From: Octopus sinensis
Taxonomy: Eukaryota
Direction of reading: 5' to 3'
Length of the DNA: 64,000 bases
Assembly: GCF_006345805.1 (NCBI RefSeq)
Contig: NC_043003.1
Span: forward strand, 105,462,001-105,526,000
Position numbers and translations under genes: made by a program. Shown here piece after piece: positions 11,101 to 22,808 of the stretch; position 1 is the stretch's first letter; each line of letters starts with the position of its first letter. The notes beneath the pieces were generated by a model. It ran no database searches. It saw nothing but the letters and a program-made list of their open reading frames with translations, and was not told the DNA's origin.

Positions 11101-14100
11101 CAGTACAGGTGCTTTTTATGCGGCTCCAGCAGGATCACCAAGTAGCTTGCAAAACAAAGACCTGTTAGTTGAGAGAGGGGATAGAACCAAAGGAAGGGGC
11201 TGTGAGCCAGTGAGAGGTTAGACTACAACAGAGGGACAGAGATAGCTGTCTTACTATTGAGGATATAGTGGAGGCGCAATGGCCCAGTGGTTAGGGCAGC
11301 GGACTCGCGGTCGTAGGATCGCGGTTTCGATTCCCAGACCGGGCGTTGTGAGTGTTTATTGAGCGAAAACACCTAAAGCTCCACGAGGCTCCGGCAGGGG
11401 ATGGTGGTGATCCCTGCTGTACTCTTTCACCACAACTTTCTCTCACTCTTACTTCCTGTTTCTGTTGTACCTGTATTTCAAAGGGGCCGGACTTGTCACT
11501 CTCTGTGTCACGCTGAATATCCCCGAGAACTACGTTAAGGGTGCACGTGTCTGTGGAGTGCTCAGCCACTTACACGTTAATTTCACGAGCAGGCTGTTCC
11601 GTTGATCGGATCAACCGGAACCCTCGTCCTCGTAACCGACGGAGTGCTTCCACTATAGAGGATATAGTGGAGGAAGCACCGCCTCCTACATGTTATTTTG
11701 CATGCACACACACACACATACAAATGTATTGTATTTATTGTAAAACTACCATCTTTACAGATTGATTCTCAAAGTTCATCTGGTGAAACATTACAAACCG
11801 AACAAGACATCAATAATGGTAGTCAGACGAGTGTTGTTCCCAAGAAAAGGAAGAAAAAGAAAAAGCAAGAAGAGATGCAGTTGTCGAGTACCCTCTTGAA
11901 TTACCTGGGTGGCATGGAAGAAGATGTTGTTGAAAATAAAGAACCAGCTGATGAAATGGTTCAGCCTGTAAAAAATGCCATCATCACAAGTCAACCTGTT
12001 GATAAGCTATTTATTGAAACCAAAAGTATGTTAGCCTTTGAGTTTTTTCTATCTTTATAGTCAGGTATAGTCATATTTAACATGCTCATGTGCATTTGAA
12101 CATGGAAAGACAATACACTGCTCAAGTATCTTGACAGAGGACATTCTCCTTATGAGTGTAAACATACCACCAGGCCACGAAGGACATCACTGGACTGTAG
12201 GACACATGCATTTCTGTGTCATTGCACTTCATCAGCAATGTATGCTGAGCCATCATTCATGGCCACTGAGAGCTGGTCGCTCTGAGAATAGAATATTGTA
12301 CATTTGGTGTTGTGAGAAAAAACTTTGAGCATTTATTTATTCACCGAATCCATTACATCCCCTCCTCCCTCCAAACACACACTTCCTTGTGTAATCTGCT
12401 CTGCACGAAAATGAATGTGAAATGATGGGTTCAATCATCATCTCCATCATCATCATCTAACATCCATTTTCCATGCTGGCATGGGTTGGACGGTTTGACA
12501 GGAGCTGGCAAGGCTGGAGAGCTGCACCAGGCACCAGTTGTCTGTTTTGGCATGGTTTTACAGCTGGATGCCCTTCCGCATGCCAACCATTTTACAGAGT
12601 GTTTTGAGTGCTTTTATGTGGCCCCAGCACCAGTGGACATCAGTATGAATGCTTTTTTACATGGCACCAGCACGGGTGCTTTTACGTGGCACAAGCAGGA
12701 GTCCTTTTTATGTGGCACCAGCACAGAGATACAGTAACAATAACCAGAACATCAATATATGTTAATACTCCATACAACTGAGTAATTATCAAAAGAGTTG
12801 ATGTAGCATTATGTGTGTTTTAAATGGACAAAATCACACTTGTATGCAGAAATTGTCAGGAGTGGCTGTGTGGTAAGTAGCTTGCTAACCAACCACATGG
12901 TTCCGGGTTCAGTCCCACTGCGTGGCCTCTTGGGCAAGTGTCTTCTGCTATAGCCCCGGGCCGACCAATGCCTTGTGAGTGGATTTGGTAGACGGAAACT
13001 GAAAGAAGCCTGTCGTATATATGTATATATATATATATGTGTATTTGTGTGTGTGTGTTTGTCCCCCTAGCATTGCTTGACAACCGATGCTGGTGTGTTT
13101 GTGTACCCGTCACTTAGCAGTTCGGCAAAGGAGACCGATAGAATAAGTACTGGGCTTACAAAGAATAAGTCCCGGGGTCGATTTGCTCGACTAAAGGCGG
13201 TGCTCCAGCATGGCCGCAGTCAAATGACTGAAACGAGTAAAAGAGTATATTTTAATAAGAACATATTTTTTCAAATTAGTTCATCTTTGGATGAGGTCAA
13301 TTTAATTGTGTAAACCTCTTATAGATATTAATTTAGTGTCTGGTAGATAAATAAATGAATGAAAAATTATTTAGTAAAACTTGATAAATTTACTTAACAT
13401 GTCTTCCTCTTCACGTTCTTCTTTTTTCTAACCAGGGAGTTTCAAGACTGAAGTTAAGAGCAAACTTACTGCAGATAAAACAAAAGAAAAACTGAAACTG
13501 GAACAATATGGTGATGGTTTTGTTACATTGCCACAGACCTCCTTAGAATTTGCTATCAAAACTCATCGTATGTGGCAGACTTTCTGTTTGTTCTTCCATG
13601 GCCTCACGGCAGGAATTGGTCTGTGGCAGGTTGTCATTGTATATATATTTGAATATAACCATCAACAGGAGTTTGTAGAGAGTTACAAAATAATGGCCTT
13701 ACCTGTTCAGAGTTTATTCTATGGCTTGTTAGTTATCTGCTTGGTTTCTGCATGTGACAGGTAAGACAAAATATTCTTTCATTGTTTCTCTTTGCTACGT
13801 GTGTTAGCTGACTGCGTGAGGAGTGGGGGGGGGTGACTGGTGGAGTTGAGGAATGAAAATGTATTTCTTGGGTTGCATGAAGAACTAACTGAAACCTGCA
13901 AACATTTAAACTGCCACCAGCACTTTATATGTGAGACTAGCACCTGTGCTTTTTATATGGTGCCAACACCAGTGCTTTTTATGTGGCGCCAGTTATCATC
14001 ATCATCGTTTTCTGTCCATCTTCCATGCATGCATGAGTAGGATGGTTGACAGGAGTGGGCCATGTAGAAAAACTACCTCTAGGCTACTGGGTCTGTTTTG

Positions 14101-15974
14101 GCAGGGAACAGCTAGATGCCTTTCCTAACACCAACCACTCTGCAGAGTGGACTCAGTGCTTTTTATGTGGCACCAGCACAGGCGAGGTCAGTTTTGGCAA
14201 GGTTTTTACAGCTGGTTGCCCTTCCAGATGCCAACCACTTTACAGTGTGGACTGGATGCTTTTAACGTGGCACCAACACTGGCAGGGTAACCAAGTAACT
14301 CACAAGACAAGGAATTATGAGAGGGACAGGGGCATTTGAGGAGGGAGAACTTGTGTCAGAGGATGAAAGTTTAGAATGTGACAGAGAGACGGAAGCAGGT
14401 ATCTTGCCACAACAGAGGGGTCATTAGAGGAGGTGAACCAGTATCAAATGATGAAAGGTTAGTGTGTAACAGGGAAATAGGGAGGCAGAAATAGGTGTCT
14501 TGCTATAGAGGAGGTACATGGTTACCCAGTGAGAGAGAAGAGATAAAGAGAGAGAGGTTAGAAACAAGTGTGCTGATGTAAAGGAGATGCTTGGTTGCCT
14601 AGTCAGAGGAAAAACAAGAGAAGGGGAAAGAGAGAGAGTGTAGGAAACAGCAAAAGTGTAAGAGAGAGCAGGAGAGAGATGGCGTAGTGCTAGGGTATTA
14701 CTCACAAGTAACAAGAATATGAGCATAGAACCTGGTTAGAAAAATAGGGTGCTTTTTATGTGACACCAGCACCTGTGCATTTGCAAATGTCCCCCAAAAT
14801 TCACTCTGGGTCCCAAATATGAATTTGGGATTATATTACATGCTTTAATATACTAAAACTTTTTAGTCTTGAACATGTGTTTCTGAAATCAGGATGTGTC
14901 TGATGTGTGTGTCTGTGTGTCTTTTATGTCATCAAATACAGTAATGTGATGTGCTGTCAACTTGTATGAAAGGCATAAAACAAGTGACCTGAGAGAGCAG
15001 CTTGGCGTTAAAAGCATTTGTGGACGTCTGTAGAAATGGTAACTGTGTTATTACAGGTGTACAGGGTTAATGGATATTGAGGAAGGTGACCAAATGGCAT
15101 TTATTGACTGTCAAAGGCAACCAAAGAATGCAGTCAAGAAGATCAGTTGTCTGTGTGTTTAGTCTGTGATGTAAGCTGATGCAGGGTTGTGAGGAATGGC
15201 TGTGTGCCATACTGTAGACCTTTCCAGCCCATGTTAGAATGGGAAAATGGTTGTTAAAATGTTGCTGTTGTTGATGTTTTTGTTCAGCTTCAGATCAGCC
15301 CTGATCGGTTGTGGTCAAAAGCATTCCAACCATGACCCTTCAGCCTTTTAAAGGTATACCACTTAAGATAGATGTGATTTGAAGGAGATTTGGTTGCTCA
15401 ATCAAGCAAATTGAGAAATCCTGTAAAAGGCTCCCTCCTTACTTTGGTAATGCTGTCGAGTGTAGTGGTAATGATTTATGTATCAATATCTAAATATGTT
15501 CCATTATATATATATTTTTGAGTTAGAAATCAGAGAGATCTAATGGATGCAAATTAATTAATTAATCAATTAATTGACATATTCGCCTACAATTGCTTCA
15601 TTTCTCAAATAAGTTTAAAATAACAAAGCCTTTTATTATGTCTATACATTCTGAGTATTCCAAACATATCCCAATGTAATCCTTGTATTGTCCTTTGTAC
15701 ACCCTGATGAGTTTCCATCCAAAGTATTTTAAAATGCAAAATTATACATTTCTATATGTTTTGTAATTTTAATTTTGTTTGTGAAATGAAACAATTGTAG
15801 GTGAATATGATGATTAATTAATAGATTAATTTGTATCCATTAGATCTCTGTTTTCTAACTCAATAATAATATTTGATATTTTACAATATTTTTTTAATAT
15901 ATTCATTGACGAAATACCTCTTCGAAATTTGATATATTAAACCAGTGTATCTTGGAAAATATCCTCATTGTGGC

Positions 15975-16005
<31 letters not shown>

Positions 16006-19000
16006 CAAAAAATGGGACAATAACACAACAGGCGATAACAAGATATCCAGACAGATGATACAAAAAGGGACAAGAAAAAACAAGGACGGGTCATTCAGAG
16101 TTTTCTTTCATCAGTCGAGTTGCAGATTATCTTTGCAGTTTTGGCTGGTTATACTCGAGACTGCTCCAATCTGGTCAGCCCCAAGGAAAATCTAAGCTAC
16201 TAGATTCATATATATATATGTCTGTGTATGTATGTATGTATTAAGTATGTTATAGAAAGTATGGGCTATTTATGGAGTGCTCATAAAGAGCCAATGTGAA
16301 AAGATACAAAGTAGAGGAAAATGAAAACGCAAATCTTAGGCAGTCAATGAAATTCCCGAATGCCTAAATGAAGATATTCAATCAATGGAATTGAATGATA
16401 TATATTTATACACATCAACATAAATTATGCATGTATAGGCGTAAAGATTCTCCGAGAGTGTGAAGAATAAAATTAAACATACATAAAAATATAGAAGAAA
16501 TATAAAAGCACATATAAAATCACATATAAATAAAGATTACATGTAAAGAGTTATGCGTGATAAATATGGGAGGTGCAAAGTGAATGAGGGGTTGATAAAT
16601 AAAGGAATCAAAATGTCAACCTTCAAAATGACAAACTCCCTAAATCGTCTAAAAATTCTAAAATACATCTAAGATATGAAATAGAAATGATACAAGATGT
16701 CAAGTTTAAGAACAATAAAAAAAAAAAGATCCAAAGAATAGGAGGGTGTTCCATCTATGGCCATTTCAGGGGTACATTACTGGTCAGGGTTAAAAATTAA
16801 AGACTCCATATATGCGATGTCTCCATCATCAGGATGATGTACTCCTTGGTGGATTAGTTCTTTATTAGGCACGAGGCCCAAAACACAGAGAAGACAGTAC
16901 TGGTGGGGACATAAAACATAAGACAATGAATGAAAATGAGAAATGTACAAAAATGAAGATGGACGTCCTTGCTTGAGCCCCACCCTCAAGCAATCACGTT
17001 TGCTGTTCTTTACAGTTCATTTAACGATTTCAGTATGGAATCATTGTATCATGTACAGATCTAAGTCCTCATAATTTACCACTGGGGGTAGGTATTTATA
17101 CCTTACCTTCTCTGGTGTAAAACGTATAACATTCCCGTGATATTTTCTTAAAAATTCGTATCTCTTCCTGTCCCCTAAGATGCATTTATCCTCCTCCATA
17201 ACAGTCAGCTTCAACTCCAATTGTATCCTTGAATCTGTCGATGGTCTTCTCTATTGCTTCACTTGTTTTATAAAATAGCAAATTTCCTGTCTTCCATTCC
17301 AAGGTCTAATCTTCCATTTTTGTCTTCTTGCTGGGAGTTTCTTTGTTGCTTTCTCTGGTAGATGTTTGCTGTGGTGTGTTGCTTTCTGTCACTGCTTCTA
17401 TTTGGTTACTTCTTTTCTTCTTCTTTTTTGAAGCTTTACGGGACAAGTAACCCTTTTTCTGGTGACCTGAGTGTAACAAGTTGGATCTAATTCATTTGTA
17501 TTTCTTTTCTATTCTACTGTTTCTGCTGCACCCTTGTGCTCTGTTGGGACTTCTACCTCCTTTCCTGGTTCTATTGTACACATCCATAGCAAGTGAGGGG
17601 TCTCCCCTCCACAGTTATGTTTAGTTTCTTTTCATCCAGAAGTTCAGTTATTTCTGGTATTTCGCTTATATCTACCTGTGTTACCTGCACTATTAGCTCT
17701 AGCCCGTAGCCCCAACAGTTTAGCTGCTGACTTCTTGTTGCTTGAACGATGCTGGGCTCTTCCTTGGTACTGGAGAGGACAGCCACCGCTATCCATTCCT
17801 CCTTCATTTTAGGAGGAATCCTGCCAACCCTTACCCTAGATATTCTTTTGCCCAGGTAAGTTGGCAGGAGCAACCATTCTTCGTTTCCTATAGGTACAAG
17901 TGGAGTTCTTTACTGCCTCTTCTATGGAGGCAAATCTCACCTCCACTCTACCAAATTTCTTTCCACACGTGTAAAAAGTCACTTTCTTTTTTTATGCACT
18001 CTAGATACCCAGGTTGAGGGTCCTGTATATAATTGTTCTTTCTCCTACTTCTGCCAAAAACTCTTCTGGAGGGGTCAACTTTACTTTACCCCCAATCCTT
18101 TTCTGCATACTTTTTGCATACTTCTGTAGCTTATCGAGAGATAACAATACCTCTCTCAATTCAAACTGTGTTTCATTCTTTTTTCCTGCTACTACTGTGT
18201 AGTTTCCGTTTTTTTTCTCTATTCCTGCACAGGGCACCTCCACATCCATCCTGGGGTGGGGGTGGGGAGAGAAATAACAAGAAAAAAAACAAGCTTGCTT
18301 AACAAGTTATGTGTTCCAAAAAACATTAAAAAATCCAACAAAACAGTAACAATTTTTAACAATCAACAGTTCAAATATTCTCTAACCTTGGCCGAAGTCG
18401 GACAATCAAACAATTCACGCGTAATTCCAAGACAATTTTACTCCTTGGTGGTTGCCATCATACTTCTTTTTTTATTACCCTTAAAGGGACCCATAGAGAT
18501 GGTTTACAGTACAAAAGACAATACAAAACATAGACTTGGGGAACTAAAAATTACAAAAAGGAAATCGAGTAAAGAAGAAAAGATAAAAGAAACAAATGAA
18601 ATTATGAAAGAATGATAAAAATGAAGTGCAATGCCCACTTGACCCCAAAAGTTGATTGGTTACGTTTATACATTTTTTTTTTTTTACAGCCTTTCCTCCC
18701 ATTTTTTTTTTTTCAATTTTTTGAAAACAAAAAAGTTCCCATGCTCATCATCATTTTTTTCTTTACTTTCCTATCTCCATTCTTCTTAGTTCCTCATATT
18801 CCACTACACACGACAGAGTGTCACGCAACTATATCCTGTCCATCACACTCACAAACCCACCGAATGTGTTCATAAATCTTTCATACCTTTCATCCTGCAC
18901 TATAATTCCTCTATCATCTCCGTCAAATTTTTCTCTGGGTAGCTTCACCCTCACCAGTCCTTTCCATTTTGCTATTCTTTTTCCCACCCCCCACACTCTT

Positions 19001-21015
19001 TTCGTAGACTCTCAGGAATCCCTTATAATTACATTCTTCTTCTTCTGTTGTTTTTTTCCCCCCTACTGCTTGCATATTTTTAGGTTTAGGTTGTTCCCTA
19101 CCTTTTTGTGGCTTCTTCTCGGTTTCTGTTGCTGGTCCCTGCAAATGTTCTCTTGTTTTAGCTTTCTTTCTTCTTTTGGGGCTGACAAACCCATCACTCC
19201 CCTCCTTTGCCTCTTTCACCTCAATCTTTTCTTTCTCTTTTGCACCACTGACTCACTCAACGTCGCTTTTGTCTTTCCTTGTTTCCCTTCTCTCCTCCAT
19301 CTCCTTTTCCTGTTCCTTTTCCTCTGCTTTCTCGCTCTGAGCATGTTCGAACTTGGAGCACTGTGTCTTCATATGACCCCTCACTCCACATATATAACAA
19401 TTGGGTCAACATCCCTCTACAACAACTTTCAGCATACTTTCCTCTGCAATCTCTATCTGGTAGGGGATTCACTCTATGTCTTCAAATGGGGCAAAAATCC
19501 ACATCTCAACCCCGAATCCCCATCAGTTTAACATTTTTGTCTCTCCTATTGGTCCCAGTTTCAGATTGTCTTCAGTTGCAACCAGAAAAGCTGCCACCAA
19601 CCACTCTGTCTTAATTTTAGGTGGCACTCTTGCTATTCTGATTTGAACACTGCGCCTTCCCCTATATGTGGGTAACAGCGCTACCTTGTTCGACTTCAGA
19701 ATGGTGGTGGAATGTGAGGCCACCTCTTCTTTGGTGGCAAACCTCACCGCCAACCTCGTGCCGAAAAAATGATTTACAGCTCATATGCAAATGATCCCAT
19801 GTTTGCTATGAGTGGAAGAGTCCAAACACTGGGGAATCATAATTATAACTACAACATTATTCTAATTCAATTAGCTAGTAGATCTAATTTTATAGGTTTT
19901 CAGAAATGTAGACTGAAATTTATGGCTACAGGAGGAGATTTCCACTGAAAACTTATTTAACATATTAGCATTATATAATTTAAGGATTATATATGATTCC
20001 CTTACACACAATGTACACTTACCATATGGAGGAGCCCTTGCAATTATGGACCATGTCAGATCATAAGACAAGTTACAGTCCCTAAGTTTATTTATATATG
20101 CTGCTAAGGTAGTAGAATTCTTATACTTGGAGTTGGAAAAGGAATTCAGATGGGCCCTATGTTGCCTTTTGAAGTCTACCGTACTATCTTTATATATCTT
20201 GTTTTGTCTATTGAGTACGCTAACTATACATTTATACACAACATTACATTGAAGACATGATCCTGCAAGTGGACAGGTTTGGGGTGCTCTACAGTTACAA
20301 ATTTTATTCATTTGCATCCTACTTATTACTGTTCTTATTTATATTTCCAGCATTATTAATATCATTAGATTGGGGTATGGTACCTGGTTTTAAATTCATT
20401 AAAGTTTGATTATTATTATTTGTTATGTTAGTATTTGGGGTCGATACCTTAACTTTACCCTTATTTCTGTTAGTACGTAGTGCTAGTTCTAAAGCATTCT
20501 TATTAGTTGCACTTTTGTTGTCCTTGTTTTTAGCTATATCCTTAATTTCATTAGCATGTAGTCCTTTCCCTAAATTATTATTAGTTACCCCATTGTTGAC
20601 CTTATTCATTATACATTTTATTTTACCCATATTTATAGAAGCTGTTATTGTTCCGAAGTTAGACATTGCTGAGTATGAAAATTTTACAGTAGATTTATTA
20701 CAAATGGCATAATATTTGTGATGCTTTGGGAAGTTAGATTGTAGAATTTTAAAAAACAATCTGGGTAGATTCTTAACCCTAAGTAAGAAAGGAGGGGCAA
20801 ACCAAATGACTTCACGTATTCTGGATTTAGACTTTCTAATTGTATTAGAAGTCTCGAGAGTAAGAGGTTTATACTTACAATTATTATGCTTATTATAATA
20901 CCTATAAGATCTTGGTCTAAAGCATTTAAATGCGGCTGATTTGTGCTAGTATCATTTAATTGACCTAGTTCACTTATACCTATGCTATTATTAGGATTAA
21001 TATTGTGATTTTTCT

Positions 21016-21063
<48 letters not shown>

Positions 21064-22126
21064 AGGCGCAATGGCCTAGTGGTTAGGGCAGCGGACTCGC
21101 GGTCGCAGGATCGCGGTTTCATTCCCAGAGTGTTTATTGAGTGAAAACACCTAAAAGCTCCACGAGGCTCCGGCAGTGGGTGGTGATCCCTGCTGTACTC
21201 TTTCACCACTCTTTCTTCTGTTGGCCTGCTCGCTAAGCCAGCGGGGTGGCGTCATTCGAAGGCTAAAACAATGCGAACGCATTGTGACCAGCGTGTAACA
21301 ACATCTGATGGTCTGGTCGGTCACGTGATCATGTGATATACAGGGTGTAGTGAATATTTTGTTGTCTAACTTACAAAAAGCTGAAAGTAACACTGACATC
21401 TCAGTTTAACAGATATATTTACTAAATTTATATAAAAATATCTTGAAATAGTAAAGATTAAGTTTATTCAATAAAATTTCCATTGGCTTCAGCCACGGCC
21501 TCTGGACAACTTCGGAATCTCCTGTTGCTCTTCTGGACAGTCTCCTTGTTTAAGTTGGTGAATCCTTGCCCTCAGTTCATCTTTGGTGTTACAGGGTTTT
21601 TTGTTGGCTTCTTGCTCAACTGAGCTCCACGCATAATAATAAAGGGGGTCGCAGTCTGGGGAGTTAGGTGGCCAGATGTTAGGGGTGATGTGGTTTCAGA
21701 AATTGTCTGACAGCCATGACTAGGTTTTCCTGTTGCCAGACACAGGGTCTTCCAGCAGCCATCCTTTTGACACAGGGCAGCACTACCTTCTCCAGGCACT
21801 TGATGTAGGTCTCTGTGTTAAATGCGAGGCCATGTGGGAAGATAAATGGAGGCATAATATCGCAATCACTAGTGATCACTGCAAACACCATCACCATGAG
21901 ATTGACTCTGGAATGTTTGTATTGGAGCTTCTGGCTCAAATGCCAAGCAGTACAGCATGTTGTTTCCAAATTTCTGGCTGAGTGGATTGCATCATGGTGG
22001 TGTTTTTCTCACAGACAGTGCCCAATTGACCCTACTATAGTGTGTAGTCAGCAAAATCAAAAACAAGCAATGCGCATGCACAAAATAAAAAATATAAGAT
22101 GGCAACAATTTACCCATCGCACCCTG

Positions 22127-22159
<33 letters not shown>

Positions 22160-22764
22160 AGAAAAAAAAATCTTATTTCTTCATTATTATTAATGCTTTT
22201 ATTCGTTTCTTAAACTTGACAAGTTCAAGAATTGAACGAAAGCGCTAATAATAATGAAGAAATAAAAAGATTTTTTTTTCAAAAATTCTGACAACTTTTT
22301 TCTCAATATTCAATTTCTGTACACCACACCTAACACTCTATACATCTCTCTCTCTATATATATAAGTTAAATTTGTCTCAATTTGTCTAAAGTCGTAAGA
22401 CACCTGCTGTTATCCTATTATTACCATTCTTGTTTTTATTTTTATTTTTGTTTTGGTTTTTTGAATTTATATTTGTGTGGCTTCGCCCGTTTTTCTGTCC
22501 TTGTTGCGTTTACATTCGTTCCTTTTTCCAAGAAATCTAATGCTCACAGCTTAGTTTTTCATTGGGGCTGGCCGCGTCGGAGCAAATATCAGAATTAATC
22601 AGCCGAAATTTGCTATGATGATCCGGTTTCTGACTGAAGATTAAAGGCTTTAAATGACCCGTCTGTTTTCTGTCTTCGTCCCTTTGTGTATTTCACGGTC
22701 TTGTTTCTTTATATATAATTTTTATACCTATATATATATATATATAATATATATATATATATAT

Positions 22765-22808
<44 letters not shown>

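Noticed and set aside
16777-16989. RT motif-like QGRPSS suggesting ORF2 for element A
   Set aside because: It falls in the AT-rich 3' UTR just before AATAAA and the TSD, with no other RT motifs; chance match.
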